Assembly: GCA_964019335.1 (NCBI GenBank)
Contig: OZ025725.1
Location: 396,156-460,155, forward strand
Length of the DNA stretch: 64,000 nucleotides
Reading direction: 5' to 3'
Source: Diplonema japonicum
Taxonomy: Eukaryota > Protista > Euglenozoa: Diplonemea
Shown here: in pieces, positions 33,659 to 45,341 of the stretch
Position numbering within the stretch: position 1 is the first letter of the stretch
Layout: the number at the start of each line of letters is the position of its first letter
Notes under the pieces: generated by a model
Database searches by the model: none
Seen by the model: only the letters and a program-made list of their open reading frames with translations
Told to the model about the DNA's origin: nothing
Program-made: the position numbers and the translations under genes

Positions 33659-35491
33659 ATGGAGGACAGCCAGCTCAGCAACATGGATGGAAGGTGGGCA
33701 ACTATGGTTGATGAGCTCCTTGAAAATAAGGAAAGCAGCGATGGCGAGCTCCCGCCGCCACTGCTGACAAAACGCCCTAGAGGAGGGAGAAGGGCGCGGA
33801 ATAGGAATAAATGGGACAGCGCTAGCAGCACGCCCTGCAGTGCACCGCCATCGACAACCTCAGCTAGTGTGCATTCGCTGCACCTGTCTAAAGTGCCATT
33901 CATGCTGACAGGAGGTGACATAGCATCCACACTTGCACCCTTCCTCAGCACGCTGTTCAAGGGTGCTGTTCACGTGACGGAGATGATCCCGTACCGATCA
34001 AAGCGTTCCGACAAGGGATGCGAAAAAGGGGCCACACCCACATCCGTGACCCCCGTCACCTCTGAACAGCCCTCGTGCAACGCGTCGCTTGTGTATAACG
34101 GACCACCTCCTATGGGCCTCCCTGTCACAGTGCATATGAGCAAGGAGGGGCACCTCACAGACACCTCGGCACCTGGCGGGTACTCCGTCGTTATCGAGTC
34201 GTCTCAAGCATCTCTGCAGATCCTGCGCGACCCCGTGATCACTCTCTATGGCAAGGTGTACACACTTGACGCAGAGCCTCCTGCAGGGAAGGCCCTCTCG
34301 GTGGTCATCGCAGGCATCACAGAGATCTCCCTCAAAGCGGCGCAGTGCATCAAGTGCACGTCGCACATGTCAACATCAAAACACACAAAAGTGCAGAAAG
34401 TGCACTTAACACAGGTACTCATAGAGTGCGCAAACATACAGGACGCAGAGCTCCTGAGAGAAACCATAAATGAAAAGAAGGTGACAGTAAACAAACAGGT
34501 GTATCTGTACTCGGTAGAGTACACGTCGGAGAAGCAAGGCGACACGAAGGTCAACATGGCAAGGCCTCTTTTCGTGTCTAAAGAGCATCGGCTGAAACCA
34601 CCGTCGGAGTGGCCTGCTGAAGCCCTTGCGGCACGAGAAGAAAGTGCTCACCAGGTTGCTGAAATACGGGATGCGTGGATCAACGGCCGTGAGCTCCTGC
34701 TAGGGAAGCCGTCGTCGCCGTGCAGCACGACTACTGCATTCACGACACCCACGCACCGTGCAAGCGAGCATGTGCCGGTGCTGGACTTCCCAAGTGACCC
34801 GTCTGACGGCCAGAGCATCCTCAGCAGCCAACACAGCACCACTTCGACACATCCCTCTCAATTAGGTACCCAAGACGTCGCGCCCTTAGTAAAAGCTGCC
34901 CTTGCAGCAGTCACAAACAGCGTGGACTTGCCTTGGAACCAAAAGGCGGCCGTTATGATGGGCGCAGCTGCCTATGCGGTCGTGAGCGGGCACTACCAGC
35001 CCGCTACAACTACTGCGACACGTGACGAGTCGTGGCTCAACCTCGTGAACCAGTTGAACATATCCCTGCCTGCGAGCACGAGTACCAGCACACCACCGGG
35101 GCAGGGTCCGGGGTTGGATTCGACAAATCCAAAAATAAGGTGCGTGAAGTTGTTGAACGTACAATTCACAGACAGCATCCACACAGCGGCACACCCCCTC
35201 TGCGACTGCCCAAGTACCAGGTACGGACACGCACTGTATCCACGCAACATCCACAGCGACGGGAGTACTACAGCCAGCACCACCAGCAGCACCACCAGCT
35301 CCTGCACCAGCAGCATTAAAAGCTTGTTTTATATTCCACACAAACACTTGAGAAACAGAATAAAAGCCGACAGCGTCTCTTTCCCATGTCTGCCGCACAC
35401 ATGTGCCGTGCTGCGGGGCCAGCAGCTGGTAGATCTGGAGGTATCACCTCCGTTGATAGTGGTAGTTTTGGTTTGGACAAAAAATGCTTAA
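33659..35491 (+). CDS. Hypothetical protein, Ser/Thr-rich
   Basis: 610-aa ORF with no family recognised. Confidence 0.65.
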   Translation: MEDSQLSNMDGRWATMVDELLENKESSDGELPPPLLTKRPRGGRRARNRNKWDSASSTPCSAPPSTTSASVHSLHLSKVPFMLTGGDIASTLAPFLSTLFKGAVHVTEMIPYRSKRSDKGCEKGATPTSVTPVTSEQPSCNASLVYNGPPPMGLPVTVHMSKEGHLTDTSAPGGYSVVIESSQASLQILRDPVITLYGKVYTLDAEPPAGKALSVVIAGITEISLKAAQCIKCTSHMSTSKHTKVQKVHLTQVLIECANIQDAELLRETINEKKVTVNKQVYLYSVEYTSEKQGDTKVNMARPLFVSKEHRLKPPSEWPAEALAAREESAHQVAEIRDAWINGRELLLGKPSSPCSTTTAFTTPTHRASEHVPVLDFPSDPSDGQSILSSQHSTTSTHPSQLGTQDVAPLVKAALAAVTNSVDLPWNQKAAVMMGAAAYAVVSGHYQPATTTATRDESWLNLVNQLNISLPASTSTSTPPGQGPGLDSTNPKIRCVKLLNVQFTDSIHTAAHPLCDCPSTRYGHALYPRNIHSDGSTTASTTSSTTSSCTSSIKSLFYIPHKHLRNRIKADSVSFPCLPHTCAVLRGQQLVDLEVSPPLIVVVLVWTKNA

Positions 35492-35531
35492 TCTTTTTTG
35501 AATAAAAAAAAAAAAAAAAAAAGAAAGGCAG

Positions 35532-36184
35532 ATGGGGGCAAACATGGAGGATAAGCTGGAAAGCATGTGGACGCTGTGGTACGAGAAGAGAGAGCAAACG
35601 AAGCAGCACCAGCTGACGGAGAAGGAGTGGGACAGCAGTATTAGGAAAATAGGCGGGTTCGAGACTTTAGAGGGGTTTTTTCTGTACTACTCAAACCTGC
35701 AACGGCCGTCGGCGCTGGCGAAGCAGACGAGCTACTACCTGTTCAGAGGAGAACTGAAGCCCACGTGGGAAAACTACCCCGATGGGGGGCACTGGACTGT
35801 GTCACTCTCAAAAAGCTTTGAGCCAACACAGCTAGACAGGTTGTGGGAACAGCTGGCCTTCGCGCTCATTGGTGAAGAGTTCAATTCACCGCACCTTGTC
35901 GGCGCAGTGCTCTCTGTTAAGAAGGACTGCACCACCGTTTCCCTGTGGAGTGACAAGGACAAGACAAAGTATGTGTAACTAGGTATATTTAGTACCTTTA
36001 ACGACACCTCACAGGTTCTCCATAGGCGATAACCTCCGTTCTGTGCTCAACCTTGGGCTTAACGTACTTGTTGAATACAAAACACAGGCAGAATCTATCA
36101 AGGATGCAACAGGCAGAGGCGGTGAGGCGTACGTAATCAAGACTCCGAATATTAGAGCTGGTGACGGTGTGTCGGTATGAGGGG

Positions 36185-36215
<31 letters not shown>

Positions 36216-36269
36216 CCCCCTGCGATGGACCTTGCTGTTGACACGGACGTCCCTGAAGAAGATAGATGA
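35532..36269 (+). CDS. eIF4E: Eukaryotic translation initiation factor 4E family protein. Exons 35532-35968, 36015-36174, 36216-36269 (last exon tentative)
   Basis: WTLWY, YYLFRGELKPTWE, GGHW, LWEQLAFALIGEEF, VGAVLSV and SLW motifs. Confidence 0.9.
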
Positions 36270-36593
36270 AAAAAAAAATAATGAGAAAATAAAAAAAAAA
36301 AGAAAAAAAGGAACAAAGTGTGTATTTTTTTTTGATTTTGATTTTTTTTTTCTTCGTGGTGAAAAAGCAACATATATTCGGTTTCTTCTTCACCCCCCCC
36401 CCCTTTTTTATTTCTCTGACTGTTTTTTTTTATTTTTTTTTTATTTTACCCAATTGTTACATAACAAACCCCTTTTTTATTATTATTTATTTTCTACCCT
36501 TTTTTTTATTGTCTTTTAAAAAAAAAAAACAAAAAGCAAAATGAAAGTACAAAAAAATGAAATTTTTTATGTCCCCCCCGTTGCAGTATATTT

Positions 36594-36770
36594 GGAAAAA
36601 GTAATTTAGAGACCAGATGTGTTCGTTCATTTTTTTTGAACTTTTTGTTGGTTCATAAAGATCACAGAACGTTCCGTGGTTTAAAATACAACAAAAATAC
36701 TTCTCGACAGGTTTTCGTGGTATTTTAAAGACGGAAAAAGATTTTTTTGGTCTCTAAAATTACTTTTTTC
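36594..36770. repeat. Nested inverted repeat, MITE/foldback-like
   Basis: AAAAAGTAATTTAGAGACCA / TGGTCTCTAAAATTACTTTTT outer pair and TTCCGTGGTTTAAAATAC / GTATTTTAAAGACGGAA inner pair. Confidence 0.65.
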
Positions 36771-36841
36771 TCCCTTTTTATTTTTTATTTTTTGATCTCC
36801 GTAAGAGGGGATTTCCTGAAGGTTTGCGCAAGTACGATGAG

Positions 36842-36882
<41 letters not shown>

Positions 36883-37027
36883 ATTTGAGAGAAACAAAAA
36901 AAAAAAAAAGGAAAAGAGGGTGGGCCGCTTACTTAAAGATTTTTTCCCCTCGTTTTTTTTTTTTTTTTTTTCTTCTTCTTGGTCTTCCCCTCTTCCCCGC
37001 CATTCCATTTACAGGTGGGAGCGACAG

Positions 37028-38785
37028 ATGGGAGGCGGGAGCACCAAAGAAGCGAAAAAACAGCAGGATGAGATAGAAACGAAGCTTCACTCAGAGTTGG
37101 TGAGAATCGTGTCGGTATTACAAAAAAAAAAACAAAAAAAAAAAAAACAAAAAAAAGGAAACACACTTCGAACTCCTGACCCCGCAGTATGTTGGTAAGA
37201 AGGTGGAAGACGTCATGCAGCTACGGCTGACGAAAGAACAGCAAACACAAGTAAGAGAACACATCGAAAAGGTCCTGCAAGGGCACTTCAGAAACCAATA
37301 CAAAATATACGAGATACTCGGAAAAGGTGGCTACAGCGTAGTCCATTCCTGTGTGAGGAACAAGGATCAGTCCAACCAGGCAGTGAAAATCATCGACAAG
37401 CAAAAACTGTCCAAAAACGCATTGAAATCACTTAAAGAAGAAATCGCCACTATGCGTGCCTTAGCACACCCACGGCTAATCGCCCTACGGGACGTCTTCG
37501 ACCACGGCAGCACCATGTACCTAGTGATAGAGAAAGTAGAAGGCGGTGAACTATTCGATGAAATCGTAAGGCTTCAAAAGTACAGCGAACGCCTCGCTGC
37601 TGAGATTCTTTACAACTTCCTGGACGGCCTGCAATACATGCACCATCAAGGATACGTTCATAGAGATATAAAACCGGAAAACATCCTCCTGCTCCACAAA
37701 CCCAAGCACCCCAACGACATATGCAGCGAGCTTAAAATCGCCGACTTCGGTTTCGCCGCCAAAATTAACGAGGAAGAAACGCTTAAAACATGTTGCGGTA
37801 CACCACGGTACATCTCACCAGAGGTGCTTAATGCGGGGCTCTTCCAAAAAATAAAGGGTTACGGAAAGACATGTGACATATGGGCGGCGGGGGTTATCGC
37901 GTACATTTTGCTTTTCGGAAAAGCGCCGTTTTACCATAGGGACAGAAACCAACTGTGGCATCACATAACCAACGGGCTGTGGTCGATGCCGCCCGACGCT
38001 GACAAGCTGTCAGCAGAAGCAATTGATTTCATCAATAATCTAATAGTTGTTGATAGGAGGAAACGGTTCACTGTCGATCAAGCGATCAACCACCCGTTCA
38101 TTGCAGACAGGAACAAGGTGAAAGAGGACAATCATCTTGGAGCAGCTCTTGAAAACCTTGTAGAGTTCAACGCGAAGGAGAAATTCAAGGCAGCGGTCTT
38201 CGGCATACAGTCGCTTTCAAGAGTTGCTTACATTAAAAAATGTTTGGACCTGGGAGTGAAGGCCAACACGGGTCTTATAAAAAGCATGGACAATGGCGAT
38301 TTGGGCGACGATACTAGGGATCTTGACTTAACCCGAAACTATGTTGGTACCAAGGGCCTCTGCGCGGTCTTAGAGATGATCAACGAAGGCTGCCCCAACC
38401 TCCAAAGTGTAAACTTAAACGGATGCAATGTCAATAATTCTGTCATCACCCTGCTTGTTGATGTTGCCGCCAAGCACCCTACGCTGTCGTCGATAGACTT
38501 GTGTAACAATCCGTTGTATGTAAAAGAAAAAGAAAAAAAAATGTGAATAATTTTTCTTGCAGGTCATACAAAGCTGGAATGATGCTTCTCGGTCTTAGCA
38601 AAGCCAACACTCGCATCAAAGAAATCAAGCTTGAAAATACAAAAGTCCAGGAGGGTATTTTGAGACAAATTGAAACACAAGTTGAATTGAACAAGTATGA
38701 ACATGGGGGTAGAAAAAAAAGAAAAAAAATAATAATTGACAGAAGCGGTAAATTGAAGGATTATTTTGCGCAGCGTCCGCCATAG
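37028..38785 (+). CDS. CAMK-group Ser/Thr kinase with C-terminal LRR region and possible N-myristoylation. Exons 37028-37099, 37158-38515, 38563-38694, 38743-38785
   Basis: GKGGYSVV, AVKII, HRDIKPEN, DFG and GTPRYISPE. CaMK-like regulatory helix (FNAKEKFKAAV), LRRs (LDLTRNY, VNLNGC, IDLCNN) and an MGGGS start. Confidence 0.9.
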
Positions 38786-38805
38786 AGGAGGGCGCAGAGG
38801 GGTTG

Positions 38806-38844
<39 letters not shown>

Positions 38845-39220
38845 CAAAGCCGTTGGAGTTTAATGTTATTTTTTTTTTATTTATTGTTCATATCTCTCCA
38901 TTATATTTTTTTTATTTTTTAAAAGCTTTTTCCCACACCCCCCTTTTTTTTTTAGTTGCTAGTTTTTTTTTTTATTCACCCCGCATACCCAAGGCCCTTT
39001 ATGGACCTCCCTCCTTCGTTTTATTTGCTCACCTGCCTCCTTGAGAAGAGTGAGAGGAGCACCCCCTTTCGTTCTGCAAAAAGAAAAGAGAAAAAAAAAA
39101 AAAAAAAAGAAAGAAATAGTTTCAAGAAAGAAGCAATTTCAAAAAAGAAAAAAAGAAAAAAAAGTTGGGGAAGAACCAATTGTTTTACGATTGCATTTTT
39201 TTTGTGTTGTTTATATTTTA

Positions 39221-39405
39221 CGCTCCATATCTCTAAAACCCGTTAAGCAAAGTCCAAAGAGGGGTATTCTGCAGGGAAAAACGCGGTTTTGATTCGCAAA
39301 ATCGGGTTTTTTTTTTCCCAGTGTAAATGGAAACGTTGCATGGTGACCAGCACCCTCTTTTTTTTTTTCCCCCGTCGTCCTAACGGGTTTTAGAGAGATG
39401 AAGCG
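39221..39405. repeat. Inverted repeat pair, MITE-like
   Basis: CGCTCCATATCTCTAAAACCCGTTAAG versus the reverse complement of CCTAACGGGTTTTAGAGAGATGAAGCG. Confidence 0.6.
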
Positions 39406-39851
39406 GGAAAAAAAAAAAAAAAAATGACAAACCGTTAAACATGTCTTCACCCTCGGCCGTAACCAATCGGTCGTCGCGATGCGATACCTTTTCTTAGTTG
39501 TCTCTTTGCCCCCCCCCCCCCCCCCCACAGGTTTGGCTTACCGTCACCCCAGTTACTTCCCCACATTGTCGGTTGTCAAGGGGGAGAAGAAAAAAAAAAG
39601 AAAGACTTGTGAGGGTCCTGCAAAAGGGCCAGATGGTATAGAACTCTCTTGGGTTAGATCAGTGTAGCAAAAAGAAGTGGGAAAAGAGGGGAGATGATCT
39701 TTCAAAAAAAAAAAGTTTTTTTTTTTGTGCCAGTCTCTTATTTTGTATTTTTTTTTGTAAGATAGGGAGGAAAAAAAAAAAAAAAAAAAAAAAAGCACAA
39801 CAACCAGAGACAATTATGAAAATCAAGCAAACAAAAAAAAAAAGAGAAAAC

Positions 39852-40234
39852 TGCTAACTAGACACCTAAGTTTGGGGAAATGCTCAAAATCAACCCCCCC
39901 CCCCCCCCCCCGTTTGAGAAGCTAGACACCTGTGTTTTTAAAATGCTTAAATTCGGTCCCCTTACTTTCCTAAATGCTCAAATATAGACCCCCTTGGTAC
40001 TCAAAGTGTTCAAACCCAGACCCCCTAGGTTCATAAATGTTTCAATTTATTTTTGATGGGCCGTTGCTAACCCACTTCGTTCCTTTCATAGTGAATATTT
40101 TTCTTTTTTTTTTTTTGCCCCGGAAGTCCTACAGCTTAATCGCTTGGTGGAACCACATACTGCTCCTTACACTTGTCACGCGTCCTTCAGGGCGGGTATT
40201 TAGAAACTTGGGGGCTTTAGGGGGCTAGTTAGCA
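39852..40234. mobile_element. Possible MITE with ~19-bp TIRs and degenerate subterminal repeats
   Basis: TGCTAACTAGACACCTAAG versus reverse complement TGCTAACTAGCCCCCTAAAG. Internal repeats of AAATGCTCAAA..CCCC. No TSD found. Confidence 0.5.
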
Positions 40235-40626
40235 CTCCACTCACCACCCTTTCGATTTCTTTCCATTTTCTTTTTGCCCCCTTCCCACCATTTCTTCCGT
40301 GACCATTATGCTCCTCTTATAGGTGCACGATGTTCTGGACCTTTTCTTCTTCAATTGTGCAGTACCAGACGGTAAACAATCTGATTTCTTCTTTTTTTTT
40401 TCCCCCCCTCTATGCACCTCCATATTTCAAAAAGAGAAAAAAAAAAAAAAAAAAAAAAAGAGAAAAGAAACTGTCATAAAAGTGTTGTTGTTTTAGATCA
40501 AATGAAAGTACATCCTTCCCGACAAAAAAAAAATATGAGAGAAAAGCTCATCCCCGAGTTCGCTCGGTTGGGCCCAACTTGGAATTAAAAAAAAAGAAAA
40601 AAATGAATTTGAACAGCCTTGATACT

Positions 40627-40660
<34 letters not shown>

Positions 40661-41278
40661 CAGGTGGTGGGGATAACATGAAAATATAAGAAAAACATCA
40701 GATGTGTTGTTCGCTGTTGACCTCCTCGTCGGTCATCACCGGTAGCACCCGAGTGGAAGAACATAATGCAGATGCTCAGGGTGACGAACAGGCAGCAAAC
40801 TGCACGAGCGCAGAATCTTGGTTACCCGGGACGCCCCGGCTGGGGTTGAGCTGTACACCGCACGCATTAAGGACACGACGCGGAACGCAGAAGAAGCCGC
40901 GGCGCGCCCCCTGTAATCAAGTAGACAGTTCTTGTGCAGGGCGCCGCCAACACCGGCCTCCTTTAACTCATATATTTCTTTTTGTTTTTTGTTTTTTTGT
41001 TTTGTTTTTATATTTTCACGAAAAGTGAAGGTTGAAGGTGACCTAGGGGAAAAAAAAAAAAAAAAACTCTCCCTCTGATTATTTTTTTTTCTTTTTTCCT
41101 TCTTGCCCCAGTTCTCGTTTGCCCTCCATTTCTTTTTTTTTTTGGTCTTTGTTATAAGTACTAAACTACCACCCATTGCCCCCCCCCCCCCCCCCCCCCC
41201 ACTTCGTATGTTCTTGTTCGCACAATGGGTAGCTAGCTTTTGTTTATCGTACCAAGTTATCTCAAACACACCACAGCG

Positions 41279-44200
41279 ATGGATTACGACATTGAAGATG
41301 ATGAGCGGTTAAACGCGGAAGAGGAAGAGGAGGAGGAGGAGGATGAGGGAGAGGACGAGATCAACCAAGATGACATCTGGGAGGTAGTGAGCGCGTACTT
41401 CGAGGAGAAGGGTCTTTTGAGGCAGCAGCTGGACTCTTTCAACCATTTCGTGTTCCACACGATTCAGGAGTTGGTTGACGAGACCCCTACCATCATCTGC
41501 AGGCTCAACCCGCAGTCCATTCCCGGTGAGGAGGAACCCATGCCCGAGCACCGTCACTTAAAGCTCGGCCAAGTGCACATCCTGCGTCCTGTCATCAACG
41601 AGGGCGACGGAACGCAATCCGACCAGCCCTTCCCCAACGAGTGCAGGCTCCGGAACCTCACCTACGAGAGCAAGCTCATGGTAGACATCGACATCCAGGT
41701 CTTCAAAGAGGACAGCAGCATCACCGACCTCTCGAGGGACAGCAATCTTGTGCTTAAAACAGAAAAAACCTTCAAGCAAGTAGAGCTTGGGCATATCCCC
41801 CTCATGCTCAGGTCTGACTTCTGCCATCTGCACGACTTGATCGACACGGAGTACCAACTGGCAGGAGAGTGCCCCCACGACCAGGGCGGTTACTTCATTT
41901 GCAACGGAACAGAAAAGGTGCTCGTAGCCCAAGAGAGACAGGCACAGAACCACGTTTTCGTCTTCCAGAAGAAACAGCCGAACAAGCATCTGTTCTCCTG
42001 CGAAATCAGGTCCACGCTCGAGGGCTCCTTCCGACCTGCGTCCACGTTCTGGGTGCGCATGTTGACAGCGCTCAGCCGCAGCGGCGGTGGGCACTGCATC
42101 GAGGCAACGCTGCCGTACATCAGAGTGGACATCCCCATCATCGTCGTGTTCCGTGCCTTGGGCTTCGTCGCCGACAGGGACATCATGGAGCACGTTGTCT
42201 ACAACTTCGATGACCAGGACATGCTTGAGGCCCTGCGTCCTTCTCTTGAGTGGAGTGCGCTCATCCAGACTACCGACCTAGCGCTCGATTTCATTGGTAG
42301 AAGGTCAGGGAAGAGAGAAGGTGTGTCCGTGAACGACAGGAAAGACTATGCAAAGAAGGTGCTTATCGCAGAACTCCTGCCGCACGTGGGTGTTGAAGAG
42401 TTCTGCGAGACGAAAAAGGTTTATTTCATTGGTTTCATGGTTCACAAGCTGCTGCAGGCGTACCTCGGTAGGAGGACTGAAGACGATCGTGATTTCTTCG
42501 GTAACAAGCGTGGTGACGCTGCGGGTGTCCTTATGGCTGGTCTCTTCAGAATGGCTCTACGAGTCATCTCGAAGCAGTTGACTAAGAAGCTGCAGATGTC
42601 GATGGACAACGCAAGGCCCTTCAAGCCGTGGAAGGAGATGAAGGAGTCCGCGGACGGGTTGACAAAGTCTCTCAGGTACGCCATGGCGACAGGCAACTGG
42701 GGCGGCAGGACAGGCGACCCCGGGATCAGGACCGGTGTCTCGCAAGTGCTCAACAGGTTAACCTACAACAGTGCGCTGTCGCACTTGCGAAGGCTGAACA
42801 CCCCCATTGATAGGGGAGGTAAGGAGACTAGGCCTCGTCTGCTCCACTCGACGCAGTGGGGGTACATCTGCCCCGCTGAGACTCCAGAAGGTCACGCTAT
42901 CGGTTTGGTCAAGAACTTCTCGTTGCTGTGCCAGATCACTAATGGGACCCCAGCCAGTGCGGTCATGGCGTACCTGCACCAGTGGAACACGCAGAACCTT
43001 GACATGATCGGGCCTAGTGACGTCGGTTCGGCAGAGGTGACAAAGGTCTTCATCAACGGGAACTGGATCGGAATCCACAGCGACCCCGAGCGCATGATTA
43101 CGGACTTGAAACTGAAGCGCCGATCGCGTGACTTATCGCAGGAAGTGTCGATCGTGCGTGACTTGAAGGAGAGGGAACTGCGTATCTGGACCGACCCAGG
43201 GAGGCTGACGAGGCCGCTTTTCGTTGTTGACAACTTCAAAGATGACCAAGGCCTTGTGCGCAACAAGACTAGGATTCGCAAACGCCACGTTGAAACCCTG
43301 CGTCCGGACGATGAGGAGCACGCGCTGTTGTCGTGGGACGCGCTTGTGAAGGAAGAGCTTATCGACTTGATCGACGTGGAAGAAGAGGACAGCATCATGA
43401 TCGCCTTCAACCAGGACAGGCTGCGTATCCCAGGTGAGGCGGAAGGGCAGGTTGTTGAGCAGCAGGAATACACCACGTACACACATTGTGAGATCCATCC
43501 TGCTATGATTTTAGGGATATGCGCATCTATCATTCCGTTCCCCGACCACAACCAGGCACCGAGGAACACCTACCAGTCAGCCATGGGTAAACAGGTATGG
43601 ACCACACCACACCACACCACAACAGGCAATGGGCGTCTACGTCAGCAACTTCCTCGCAAGGTACGACACTACGGCGCACGTGTTGTACTACCCACACAAG
43701 CCATTGGGTATGAAAAAAGAAAACACTTAACATATCACTGCACAGCCGGAACGAGGTCTATGCGTTACATGCATTCCAACGACTTACCTGCAGGGCACAA
43801 TGCTATTGTCGCAATCAGTTGTTACAGTGGTTACAACCAAGAGGACTCGATCATCTTCAACCAGAGTGCTGTCGACAGAGGGTTCTTCAGGTCCTGCTTC
43901 TACCGTAGCTACAGGGATGAAGCACGTGGCACCGTGAGGACGGGAGGTGCCGAGACCTTTGTGAAACCTGACTACACGATGACAAAGGGGATGAAGAGAG
44001 CCTCGTACGAGAAGCTTGACGATGACGGTCTTGCGATGCCTGGTGCTCGTGTATCTGGTGGCGACATCATCATGGGGAAAACAGCACCGCTGCCGAGAAC
44101 AGAGGCAACTGAAGTCGTGGAAGCGAAGTTCCAGTACAAGGACGCGTCCACGAAGCTCCGAATCAGTGAGGTATGTGGCACATTCCGCAGCAAACAACAC

Positions 44201-45083
44201 AGGGTGGTGTGATCGATGGTGTGATGCTTACGACAAACAAGGACGGCAACAGATTCGTGAAGGTGAAGGTGAGGAGTATTAGAATCCCGCAGGTTGGCGA
44301 CAAATTCTGCAGCCGGCACGGACAGAAGGGCACCCTGGGGATCACCTTCAGGCAAGAAGACATGCCCTACACGCAAGAGGGGATCGTGCCCGACATCATC
44401 ATGAACCCCCACGCCATCCCCTCGAGAATGACAATTGGACATCTTTTCGAGACGCTGCTCGGGAAGGTGGCATGCTGCCAGGGTATCGAGGGTGACGCAA
44501 CACCATTCGTTGATGGTTTCAACGTGAACGAGATGAGTAAGAAGCTGCACGACCTTGGGTACCAGTTGAGAGGGAACGAGGTCATGTACTGCGGGCACAC
44601 AGGATTGCCCTTGGACTCGAAGATCTTCTTAGGGCCGACTTACTACCAGCGTCTGAAGCATATGGTGGAAGACAAGATCCATTCCCGAGCAAGAGGACCC
44701 CTCCAAAAGCTGGCGAAGCAACCTTCCGAAGGGAGAGCTAAGGACGGTGGCCTGCGATTCGGAGAGATGGAGCGTGACTGCATGATATCGCATGGTGCCT
44801 CCCAGTGGATGAAGGAGAGGCTGTTCCATGTTTCAGACCACTACAGGGTGCACGTCTGTGACAGATGCGGGCTTTTCGCAGTCGCTGATTTGAAAACAAG
44901 AATGACAGCTCAGGCACACTCCTTCCAATGCACATTCTGCCGCTCTTCAAGCAAAATATCCCAAATATTGATACCCTACTGCTGCAAGCTGCTCTTTCAG
45001 GTATACACCCGCACACCTCGTAACTTACACAGGAACTCATGGCCATGGCTATCGTGCCACGTATCAGGACTGAGCCAGTGTAA
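41279..45083 (+). CDS. RPB2: RNA polymerase II second-largest subunit. Exons 41279-43594, 43626-43707, 43746-44170, 44203-45000, 45033-45083
   Basis: [79 protein letters not shown] and a C-terminal zinc finger. Confidence 0.97.
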
Positions 45084-45341
45084 AATGGGTATTAACAGCA
45101 GTGTAAGTGTTTCCCCTAAATTCTTTTTTTCCATTCCTTTTTTTTTTTCTTTTTTTTGCCGACCCTCTTTTTTGTTTTTGTTTTTTTTTCTTCCAGTCCC
45201 CCCTTTTTTTTTCTTTTATCACCGCTTTATTATCTAGGCGCCTTTCTCAAATACTACTTTATTCGAAGTGGTTTCTGGTTGGCATCTTTAAGGAAGCTTT
45301 AAGTGTACCATGCTTAGCATCATCACAGGGCATGGGAGGAA

